A stretch of 63,965 nucleotides of DNA, counting the filler, from Octopus bimaculoides (taxonomy: Eukaryota): NCBI RefSeq assembly GCF_001194135.2. It is 4 parts of 4 records of this genome, joined end to end, with 100 filler letters (N's around TTAATTAATTAA, not from the genome) between each part and the next. Parts side by side here need not be neighbours in the genome. Positions count along the whole stretch, not along the records: positions 1 to 25,522 come from NC_068994.1; 3 more parts are not named here. One strand, given 5' to 3'. Both the position numbers and the translations under genes were made by a program. Position 1 is the first letter of the stretch. The number at the start of each line of letters is the position of its first letter. Shown piece after piece: positions 1 to 11,800 of the stretch. The notes beneath the pieces were generated by a model that was not told the origin of the DNA, did no database searches, and saw nothing but the letters and a program-made list of their open reading frames with translations.

Positions 1-648
1 GCTCTTAGTGCTCCACTGGTACAGGTGGCATCACGATTTTGCTTTCACTTGCCCCAATAGGTCTTCGCAAGCCAAGTTTAGTGTCCAATGAAGGAGATGT
101 TGGCATGGGTGCCAGTCGTCGAATTTGGTTTCACTTGCCTCAACAAGTCTTTGCAAGCGGAGTTTAGTGTCCAATGAAGGGAAGGTACACATAAGTGCGC
201 TGGCTAAACACCAGGCAGAGGCCTCGGATTATGGTCCCACTTGGCTTGCCGGGTCTTCTCATGCACAGCATATTTCCAAAGGTGTCGGTCACAAGTCATT
301 GCCTCGGTGAGGCCTAATTTTCGAAGGTCGTGCTTCACCACCTCATCCCAGGTCTTCCTGGGTCTACCTCTTCCACAGGTTCCCTCAACCGCTAGAGTGT
401 GGCACTTTTTCACACAGCTATCCTCATCCATTCTCGCCACATGACCATACCAGTGCAATCGTCTCTCTTGCACACCACATCTGATGCTTCTTAGGTCCAA
501 CTTTTCTCTCAAGGTACTTACACTCTGTCGAGTATGCACACTGACATTACACATCCATCGGAGCATACTAGCTTCATTCCTTGCGAGCTTACGCATGTCC
601 TCAGCAGTCATGGCCCATGTTTCACTGCCATGAAGCAGACTGAACTAT
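1..648 (-). mobile_element. RTE (BovB-like) LINE, RT C-terminus and 3' UTR
   Basis: ORF 204-611: SMLRWMCNVS...RRLHWYGHVARMDEDSCVKK...RGRGRPRKTWDEVVKHDL, typical of the RTE C-terminus. Confidence 0.9.
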
Positions 649-756
649 ATATCGAATCGATTTCACAGTTATTACAACAATATGTAACTTCTGATCATCA
701 GTATAGTATGGTCAAAATACATAAAAATAAACAAAAGATTCAACATACCAAAACGA

Positions 757-1153
757 ACACCTCATGTATCCGGCATAGTACATAGTAGATTGTTCATCTT
801 TATATATCTATGTAAAAGGCGGACTTTTTTGAATTGCATCTCAGTATACGTGTTTTTTTCCGGTAGTTTAGCGTGAGGCATTCTTGTATAAATATAAATA
901 AATATATTCTAGGGAATAAATGATGGATTTTTCCCTTATGAGGTTTTTTCACGCTAGCTACTTGATAAATTTTTGTAAAAGATCTTATCCTATTATTGAA
1001 TTAATTAAATATATAACCGGAATATATTCAGTGCTGAATTTTATTCCGGAAAAAAACACATATACCGAGATGCAATTAAAAAAATGCCCGCCTTTTACAT
1101 AGATATATAAAGATGAACAATCTTCTATGTACTATGCTGGATACATGAGGTGT
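757..1153. mobile_element. MITE-like foldback element with ~107-bp inverted arms
   Basis: 757-863 is the reverse complement of 1046-1153 with a few mismatches; AT-rich spacer; no clear TSD. Confidence 0.8.
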
Positions 1154-2439
1154 ATTATGAATAGTCTGAGTGAAAGATGAGATGACCCATTCTGAACAAG
1201 TTTTTCTGTTTCCCATGTCTGTTAGTTTGTCAGTGTAAGGACACTTTTTCTCAGTTTTGAAGTGATATTCAAAACAAAATCATTGAATTGTATAGCTGTT
1301 ACAAGTGAAGGTGTAATTAAGCCAATGATAAAAATACAGCATTTGTAGCTGTTATGCTTGGTGAGACTACAAACCTTCAGATAAAATCTTAATTGTCAAA
1401 TGTTTTGTGATTTGTTAAGAAGGAAAGGTTTAGGGGATAAGCCAATGTCAGTAAAGATAGAAAAGCTGCACCACTGACAGAAGTTGTACATTGTTATACA
1501 CATTCACTTAATTTGGTACACTCTCAAGCAGCTTCAAGAGATCATGAATATCGAATTTTCTTCCAAACTTTAAAAAGAGTTTTGACTTTTTTCTCCAAGT
1601 CAATGGATTGAATACTCCCTACTGGATGAGATCATTGGAAGATGATTTCCAAAGTTACATGTATGTTACTTGTGTCTTACTAACTACTTCAAAATGGTGC
1701 ATTGTAGTGGGGAAATTATTTTCATTTTCAGCCTCCCCTTATTTCAAAGCATATAATATAGGTTTTTGCAGTTATTTTTATATGTTTGTCATTCAATACG
1801 ATAATTGGGTCATTGAAAGTCAGGAAAAATTTAGCCCCATGAAGTTAGTCATTCAAATTCGTTTTACGATCATTCAGTTTCACACTTCAATCAAAGAATT
1901 TAGTATTTACATCATTCAAATTAAAATGCCTGTTGAGAGCATTTAAATTAGTCGGAATGTGAAGAAGCATCTTTTTGAGCATTCAGATTCTATTTAACAC
2001 TTTGAGCAATCAAATTAGCACGATAGCTGTTTTGGTTTTATCTCATGATTATTGTTATCATAATCATGTGTTTTCATCCATTGTTTATGCTTTAAGCAAT
2101 CTATCGTGCCCATGTCTTTTCTATGTATTCTTTCATTTTTGCATAGGTACAGGTATTTATTGTTAAAAAGTTCATGAAATCGCATTCCAGCCTTTTCAAT
2201 CTTTTAAAGAAACTCACAATTACAACAAATACTCATTTTCTTTGATTTTGAATACATTATTTTGTGATATGTGTTTTTACTTTGCATAATATGTCTTGTT
2301 GGGAAAAGTATATATTTCTTTGATTTTGCATTTTTCTTTCATCGGGGGAAAGGTGCTATGTACTCTAAGATAATTATTGCTTTACAGTCTTGATAAGGAG
2401 AGTTCATTTGAGAGGATTTAGCTGTCTATTTCCTGATGA

Positions 2440-3480
2440 TCAAGGCATCACAGGAAGTAGGTCTGGGTGTGTCTATACCAACGAACACAATTTTCTGGAG
2501 TGATAGCATTGATTTTATTCCTTGTGACCTCTTGTATGACATGTGTTCACCATTCTTCCATGGTCATGCCAGCTTTTTCTGCAGATGCTCGGTCACCAAC
2601 CCTTCTTTGCTGCAACTCAGCTCGAATGAGGTCCCGCTTGACAGCTACCTTAAAGGCAGAATGTGCCATTTCCTTACAATTAAGAAATGTCAAGTAGGGA
2701 GGTAGGAGTTTCAGACTGACCCATGGGTTGGCATCAGCTGGGAGCTCAGCACAAATGTGTGGCAGCACATTGTCATAGATCAAGTAGACGGATTCATTTG
2801 CTGGGAACATGTTGGCACATGCTTGAACTGTTTTTACCAACTCTTGGAAAGAGTTTCGTGTAACTGTATCATTCACAATGGAGTAGTGAACCAGGCCGAT
2901 TTCTCCCAACACTGCAAAAGTGACGTAGTTTTTCCCACACTGACGGTTGACAACTTGGCAAACAGGAATGCCTCGAGGGGCTCGTCCAAAAGACTACCTG
3001 GTCCAAATGTTGTACCCACATCAATGAATACGCAATGGCTGATGACTCCCTTTTCCATGAAGCAATGCACATACACATAACACTTTTCCAGAGTTCTTGG
3101 GGGCATTTCTTGCATCAGGAATGTCTTTGGCCAACTTCATAGTTATCAACATCCCATTTAGAGCCTGCGAGATTGCAGACATGGAAACAGGCAGCTTTCT
3201 GAGCAATGCTCCCTCTAAGTCCCTCTTCATTTGTTGAAGGGTTGTGAGTGGGCTGGCAGTAATCACCTGAAGCCTGGCTTGCATTTCCTCATCAACCTTA
3301 ATGTGGTGGACACCTCCTCTGGGCAACTTGTGGCGCATCCCAGACCATAGGTAGGTTGTTATTATAGATCGGGCAGTACTTCTTTTAATGCGAAGTATGT
3401 CTGCCAGTTGCAGGTAGTCAGTTTGATGCCCCTCAAAGGTATCAACCAGCTTTGCCCTATCTTCATTTGATATACACATA
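2440..3480 (-). mobile_element. Degenerate IS630-Tc1-mariner transposase
   Basis: HTH-like N-terminus in ORF 3021-3479. DDE motifs VFID, YLIYDNVLPH and LLPPYLTFLNCKE are spread over frameshifted ORFs 2869-3078 and 2547-2912. Confidence 0.75.
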
Positions 3481-3959
3481 TATCTTATATGTGGCTCTAT
3501 GATTACAAGTTTGTGTAAGAGAAAGGGATATGAAATGCCACTGATACTGACCAGTTACAATTGCAATGAAAAAGACTTTCCTGGACAGAAGAATCGTGTA
3601 ATTTATTTCTTCCTAGTAGCTATACCAACATAATAAAATTTTCATGACAAAACAGGTCATTTAAATTTGTCATTTTTAACATTCACTTCTTAGAATATGA
3701 GTAAAACCACACCTGTAAAATTAATGCTAAATTGAATAAAACAGGAGTTAACTTGTTGAATGATTAAAGATGATAAGTTGGGTAGAAAGAATTGTTTTCA
3801 ACACAAGGTGCAGGTATGGTTGTGTGGTAATGTGTGCAGAACATTGGGTAGAACTTTGGAGAAAGAACTGGATATGAAGTGAAAAAATTACTTAATTAAA
3901 GAAATTTTCATACAGGAAGACATTTGAAATCTTCATGTTTCTAATATAAAACACTAGAA

Positions 3960-4250
3960 TAAAAAAGTTGTAGTTGAACCATATGATATAAGAAAAATGT
4001 ACAGATTCTATATTCAGTGGGATACTTTGAGATTCAGAAATGAGCTTCTAAATCGTTGCAATAAGAATAAAATACAACTTCCTCTGCTATAATTTGACCA
4101 TGATGAACTCAAACTGCTTTTTGATGGTAATATTGAGGAAACTAATAATTTCAGGAAAAATATAATCGTGCAGTTTCCTCTACCTCATTTTGAGTAGAAT
4201 TACTACAACTTAAGAAAAGAGCCTTTATTGATTTAGAATCCCAGGGCAGA
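3960..4250 (+). mobile_element. Possible Helitron Rep N-terminal fragment
   Basis: Broken frame ...DELKLLFDGNIEETNNFRKNI resembles the Helitron LxxLF...FxxNIRxYN motif; short and decayed. Confidence 0.3.
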
Positions 4251-4299
4251 CATATTTTACTTCTACTCTGTACATGTAAAATGATCACCCAGTATGTGA

Positions 4300-4530
4300 C
4301 TAACTTCCTCTTCCTCCTCCTCCTCCTCCTCATCATCATCAGTTAACATCTGTTTTCCATGCTGGCATGGATTGGACAGTTTGATTGGAGCTGGTAAGGC
4401 CAGGGGCCACACCAGCCTCCATTGTCTGTTCTGGTATGGCTTCAATGACTTGATGCCCTTCCTAATGCCGACAATTCCACAGTGTGTACCAGGTGCTTTT
4501 AATGTGACACCAGCATGAATGCTTTTTATG
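4300..4530 (-). mobile_element. RTE 3'-tail-derived short repeat, diverged
   Basis: Reverse complement of the ...ggcattaggaagggcatc...ccatgccagcatggaaaacagatgttaa(tga)n tail also seen at 13811-13978 and 24470-24620. Confidence 0.7.
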
Positions 4531-4770
4531 TGGCACCAGCACCAGTATCAGTTCTACTGTTGCAGACTGATCTTCTTGAATACAACAATGTGCCAGATAT
4601 TTTGGTCTTTTGTCATCTTTGTAAAGCTCAGTATCTTGAGATCAGCCTTCAATACTTTGTCCCACATCTTCTTGAGTCTCTCTCTTCCACAAGTTCCTTC
4701 TTTTTTAAGTGATTGGCTCTTCTATATGCAACTGTCTACATTTTATTGATGCTAAAGAGGCTTTGAGACC

Positions 4771-4972
4771 ACAAGTCTGTTCTTGCAACTCTACCAAATG
4801 CATATTTTTTACAGCCCAGTGTATGGGTAACAAAAAAATCACAATTTCTTATATACTAGGTACAACCATCTCAAAATGGTTGTATCTAGTATATAAGAAA
4901 TTATGATTTTTTATTACCCATGCACTGGAGTATAAAAATATGCATTTGGTAGAATTGCAAGAATAGGCATGT
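4771..4972. repeat. ~200-bp palindrome (foldback MITE)
   Basis: Arms 4771-4869 and 4876-4972 are reverse complements around a 6-nt loop (ctcaaa). Confidence 0.8.
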
Positions 4973-5706
4973 AAACTCAAAAAAAATACAATTCTCCATA
5001 AATATGAACTGCACTTCAGACAAAGCCCTAACTTCAAGCAGTACAATTTTCCTACAAATAATGAAATCATTGCCATACTTAGTGGTGAAAACAACTTTTC
5101 AAAAATAAACTCAACTCAGAAATGTGCTATCAATAAAGATCTCATATAAATCTTGCTATCTTGAGTATTTTTTATTTTCCAATGGTTATAGAAAATAGTG
5201 GAATGATATACAGCATATTGAAGAATGATGGACTTGTGTTCACAAGAGTTTTTCTGTTATTGTCTTGCATATAGAGGTGGCATCAGTGTCATTAATGGAT
5301 CAGGAAAGTTTTTTTTTCCTAGAATACTAATTGATCCACACATCAAAGTTGAATGATATTGTTTAAAGTTTGTAAGAAACAAGTAATTTAAACTGCAAGT
5401 GGAACAGTGCAGTGGACTGATGATCACTTTGCAGCTAGAGAAGACAAGAATGTATTATATTGTTATTAACACTATAAGTTATCTATATCCTAATTTTTCA
5501 ATAACCTTAATATGCTGTCTAATTCATTATCATAACAAATTTTTATCATAATGTCATGAGGTCAAATAAATTTCTGCAGTAAAATAAAGTATGAAAATTT
5601 ATAAAACATAGCATTTCTACAGGTCTTGCCATCTATTATTATTATATTATTATTCTCTGATAATTACTTGTTGTAATAAAAACTAATTAAATTTTTTTTC
5701 TTGTAG

Positions 5707-5809
5707 ATGATGAAAATCCGTATCCGTCAGGTGAACCCACACATTGTGTGTTCACTATGTGCAGGCTATTTCATAGATGCTACCACTATCACAGAATGCC
5801 TTCATACAT
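5707..5809 (+). CDS. PCGF1: PCGF1 coding exon 1 (RING N-half)
   Basis: ttgtag|ATG ATG AAA ... CAT ACA T|gtaagc; [34 protein letters not shown]. Confidence 0.93.
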
Positions 5810-8800
5810 GTAAGCTGATTTAATAATACTTTTCTGTACATGTCAAATGTATCTGATATTTAAGAGGGGACTAGAATCATATAAATATAATCTTCCCCCA
5901 CCAACCATCCACTTCCTCCATCACCTGTCAGCTTCTAATACATATCTTTGTTTTGGAAATTGCAGCTAATTAAATGAAGGAATATATGTTTACATTCTGC
6001 AATATGTAGAAGTGAAAATAGCTCGGCAGGTATAATATTAAACTATCATCCTCAAGACATATAACCATATACTTGGACTGTGGAGTTGATTCTAAATGCA
6101 TACATTTACCTAACATTTGGGATCCTCTACTAGAGTGACCTGTGGTACACCAGCATCTTATTCAGGACATATTCTGTTCACTGGATATTAACATGAAACT
6201 GGAACTAAACACCAGCTTTAAAAACCTTACAGTTTAAGATACATTTACAAAGGCCTAGTTTACTTAGTATAATGATATTTTGGATAAGGTAGCATTCTCT
6301 GCTGTTTACAACACTGAACTATATAATTGACAAATGTTTCATTAGTTTACTGTGTGAACTCAAATCCAGGGCTGCACAGTCTGAAGAAACTCCAAATGAT
6401 GATTCATGTTAAAATATTGCAATCTTTAATGGACTGTGACATTTAGAATTAAGTATTTTATTTAGTGATAAATTGTGATACTTGCTGTAAAATAAAACAG
6501 TGGACTCTAATAACTATACCAGGATTCTAATAACTAGGGCAATTTTTTTAGCCTTAAAAATTGCTCAATTTTAACCTTATTTTCATACTTTTTTAACCTT
6601 AACTTTTAACTTTATCAGTAGCTTTTAAACTCATTATAACCTTATTATTATTGATAAATCCATGAACATGAAGGAGTTGATTACTTTATGATATAAGAGT
6701 ATTATCAAAACAATTTTTTAAAAATAACTATTGTGGAAATTTATTATTGTACAATATGATATAATGTTTTACATTTGTAGGCAGAAAATTCCTGTTTTTT
6801 TTCCAAGGATTTTTTCCAGCATCGAAAAACTGCATTGTACAGCAATTGATGTCACTTGGCATTGTCTCAGATCTACATATTCTGTGGGTGAAACTTTGGG
6901 GTTCATTAGTTGAATTATCAAACTTTTATTAAATTCAAAATCAATATAATTCATGGTGTAACATGGGTCTTCATTGAATTTCACTTCTTTGAGGGTTTTG
7001 TAAGCATCATAGATAATGAAGGCTGTTGATTCAGCTTTCAAAATCAACTCTTTCAACTGTAGGAGTTCACACAGCTTCTTGTTCTCCGCACCAACATGTT
7101 TTCATCCTCAAAACTCACAATTTTTTAAACTTCTGCAAGGTTCTTGGTATAGTTATTTCAAGCATCCAACCAACTACCCTACCTGATCACAATTGGCTGA
7201 AGGATGTATCAGATTGTTTTGAATTGCTCTCAATGGTTTTTGTTTTTTTACAGCAGCAGTCTTAATGATAGCAATCAGACAATCAAATGCAGGATAGAAA
7301 GCCTTTATTTTTAGAGCACAGTTGCACAGTAGATGGGAGCAGGTTACATGCAAGAGCTTAGGGGACAAAACTTGTAATGTTTCTCAAGCAGCTACCATAT
7401 ACTGAGCAGCATCACACAATAATAGGAGAAAATTTTCTCTTGGAACTGCTATATTTCTTAATGAATCATTGATGATCTGAGTGATGACTGCAGCAGTTAG
7501 AGTTGATTCTAGTCGCAAACATTCTATTAAAAACGTTTTTTGAAGATTTTTTAACTGAACCACTAAGTACATTAACAATTTTTTGTCATTGATCTCACTT
7601 TCGTCAACAATTAAAAATACATTTTGATCAGCCAACAGCTCTTGCAATTTTCAGCCATGTTTGCACTTAGCGTATCAACATATTTTCAGCACTTAGATTG
7701 AGATGGCCGTGGTTTATTGAGAGAATCAAAGAAACTTCTCAAACTTGGATTAGTGAGCTTGTGCAAAGGAACGTCAGTCCCAACAAATGCTTTGGTCACC
7801 ATTGCACTCCAAGATTGATCATTTTTGGTAAATTCAAACAATTTGATAGGTGGCTGTTCAATTTTAGTAGTTTTTTAAAGATAGATTTGATAGTTTTTGC
7901 TCATTCTGTGTGACTCAACAAAATGCCTTTTATCGCAGTTGACATCAGTGAGACACAATCAGCAATGTAACTGGGTATTGTGAGTCGAAACAAATTCTTT
8001 TGGGAATGTTTCTGTTTTTGGCTTCAACATCTGAGTTAAGAATAATAAAATCATAATGATCAAAATTAAAATTACTTGAAACAGGAAAACAGAAGCAACG
8101 ACAAAAGAATTCCACAATCAACCTTAAAAAGACCCAGCAATGCAAGTGAAAGAAAATGATTCAATTCAATAAACCTCAGATAAAAATTTATGTAATAGTT
8201 AACAAACAAATTAAAACAATACATAAAAAATATATATCAAAATATCATTGTGAAACAGCTAGCTTACTGTACATTTACATATAGGGAAAAAAATAGTAAG
8301 AAAAAGTACTTACTTTTAGTGGTAAATTAAAAATTTCTCAATAACAGGTGCAAATAATTAAAACTAGGTAAATACACTTACAATTGGGTGGTAGTAGATA
8401 ATTCTATTCTTGAAGAGGCCTGTTTCATGAATCGGAGAAAAGATGCAAATAATCAGTACTAACAGTTGGTATCAATCACCAATAACTAATATTGATAAAA
8501 GTACCTTGTAGCCATATAGACATGCTAGACTTTTGTTCAAATGACTAGATACACCTGATGTCCAATAATTTTCAACATCAAAGGATAGGACAAGTCAGAG
8601 GGAGTGCTAAAAATAGCTCTGAAGTGGTAGTCCAATACTAAAAGCTCTACTAAAAGCTAGCAGAAATAGATAACAAATTTAAGTTTAATAGATAACAAAT
8701 TTAAGTTTAATTAATACATAAAATTATATATCAATGAATCTATCTATTCTTTGCAGTATCTAATCAAAAGAAAAAAATTCTTTTGAGTGAAATTTCATTT

Positions 8801-11800
8801 TTTCAACATTATTGCTTGATTTTAACTTTATTAGCTTTAAGAAGTAATTAATTCTGATGATTAATCATAAAAAATGTTTTTTATCTTTGGCTTAAACTTG
8901 AAATAAGCATTTTTATGAATTTTAACTTTTTGGCAAAAAGTTGCTTTACGAATAAATTGCCTTGCTATGACTTTTCAGCTTAGTATAAAGTCACAGCATC
9001 AACATTATACTGTGACACAGCTAGATACTTCGTTGCTATTATACTATACCACAGAATTTAATATATCACCTTCAGTGTATAATTTCTTTTTGTAATATCT
9101 CCAGTGATATATCAAAAATAGTATTCTTTTTTTACATTTCAGTTTGTAAAAGCTGCATTGTTAAGTATCTTCAAAGTAGCAAATGTTGTCCTCATTGTAA
9201 TATGAAAATTCATGAAACCCAGCCTTTGGCAAACTTGAGGGCTGACCGGACATTACAGGATATTGTCTATAAGTTAGTGCCTGGACTCTTTGAAAGTAAG
9301 TTATTTTAAAGACAAAGCATAAAAAAAGTTCATTTCAAAACATTAATTTTTTATACAATTGTGGAAAATTTTAAAGATATAGTTTTATAAGAGTTATCAG
9401 AAAAGCTTTGTTTTTTTGGTCATTTGATTTTGACAAATATTTTAAAAACAATATTTATTTTGGTTAAAAGTTATTTTCTTCTTCAGTAATAAAATACAGT
9501 GCATTATTTAGTTTAGATTATTTTCCATGTTTTTGTATTTCTTGGAATTGCAATATTCTTATTATTTGTATTTCAGATGAAGAGAAGAGAAGGGAAGAAT
9601 TTTATAACTCCCGTGGCCTTGGAAATGAAAAGAAAGATGGTAAGATTATTTTGCAAAGTTCATTAGGATTTTGATCTAGGAATTCTCGGTGTTTTTTTTT
9701 ATTACTATTAGTTACTTGTGGTTATCTTGATTGAGTAGACTATGATCAAAGATCTTCAACTTGAGATTATTCTGTCATTTGCATATCCAAGACTATATTG
9801 TATAATATGTTCTTCCTTTTCTGAGACAATAGTGTAATTTTTGAAGTAGATTTGACTGCTGTTTCCAGTTGGTCTAAATCACATAGAGGTTCTCTCAATG
9901 CCTTGATTATTATTAGTTAGATGAGTGGGTGGGGAGGATATGTCTATAACTTATTCTTCTTAGGTCTCCTAAATTGGGTGAGGGTCAGGATAACTGATGT
10001 ATAGGAAAAGGTTTCTGGAAAAAATGTATTTCTTTAAATGAAATATTATTAGTAAGGTGTTCTATAAGGAGATTGAATGGCAAGGTGCCTTATGAATGAT
10101 CGAAAGAGGAAAGTTGGGTGTGTAAAATTTATTCAGATAGGGGTTCTGGAATCAATAATTTTCAAATGACCATAGGGCTAGTGGGTGGACACAGCTTTAA
10201 GAGGGGATAATAGAGTATTGATAAGTGAAAAACTGTCTGTTATGTGAATGGTTGTGGTTGTGTGTGTTTGTAGTGGTGGAGCACTGTTATTAATAATATA
10301 GTGAGTTATATAACCAATTAAATATTTTTCGAAGTCTCTTAAGAGAAACTATTTAACCGTAGTTTTATAGTTGGATGGAATGCCAGTAAGATTCCTTGAT
10401 AATCTAGTACCACTTCTTGAGTGCTGGGTAAACAGACACATAATATTAAGGGTATTACAGTGATGGTGTTGATCAATATATATATGATTTGTGGAGATTT
10501 ATTATTTTCCAAGATGGAATGCAAAAAATTTATATAGTGTATACATAACATAATTCTGATATCACCACTAGTTTATATCTCTTAATTTTCTCTCACTGCC
10601 TTTTCTATATAAAACATAAATTTGTGTTTCAGTAATTGCTCATAACACTCTTTTATTCCTACAGGAGATGAAAATACTCTATTGAAACCATCAACAATTA
10701 TAAACCACCCTGATGGACACCAATATAGATTTGATGAACAAATTTGTCTCTGTTTAGAGCGATATGGGTAAGTTGGAATACTTTTATAAATATGAATTAT
10801 TTCATAGATGCAGAATAGTCATAAGATTAACTACTGGATTACAGAGTCACTTGTTCAAACCGTTTTTCTATCAATTTGTTTTCAAGCCAGTGAGAGGACT
10901 TCTTACATAAATGTTCAACCTGTTGTAAAATTAGCTGCCAAATCTTCCATCAAATCACATCCTACCAATTTAATAAGGAGGGGCACCCTGGATAATGTAA
11001 CCTTGGGTACATAATGCAAGAAAAAAAAACAAAACAAAACAGGATGGTCACACTGGGATTGCAGTCAGAGGAGGAAAAGTCAACAGTGAAAAGCAAACAC
11101 CCCAGAACACTTATTTCACCACTTTGTCCAGACAAACTTAAAAAAGTATGCGCACACAAAAATAGCAGCAACACCAATAACTTCATTAGCTCCTCAACAC
11201 TGTTGGGATAAACATTTCTAATGATGAGTGTAGATGAATGACAACTGTTGTGTTCTAAGGTCACCTTGCCAAACTTTACTGAGATCACCATGAAAACAGC
11301 CTGAATAGGCTGGGTTTTATCAGTTGATGCCACGCGAGATAAACCACTGAATGTCTGAGACTAGAATATAGTCCTCTATTAGACAAGGATAGGTTTAACT
11401 GAAGCAATGAACCTGTCAATAGCACCGAGTTGTTCAACTACGTACTTATCACCCAGAAGTTTGTTTAATCAGAACTTAGTACTACGTAATAACAACCACA
11501 GAATTATGCTAAACATGACACATTATTCTTATGTATTGTGTTATCCCATAAATAATGCGTTTTTTTTATACTTCTTTTATTTTTCAAAGCTAAGATAAAC
11601 AAAGTTCTTTTTTAATCTAAAATATACTCTCCTTTATTTTCTACAATGCTCTTCCATCTTACCAGGCCCCTCTTCCAAAATTCACTTGTCTATGATGAAA
11701 AATACTCCTCCAGTTCTGTTCTGACCTAGTGTACAGAATTCATATTTTTTCCATCCAAATGATTTTGAAGACTGTGGAAAAAATGATAATCAGATGGGGC

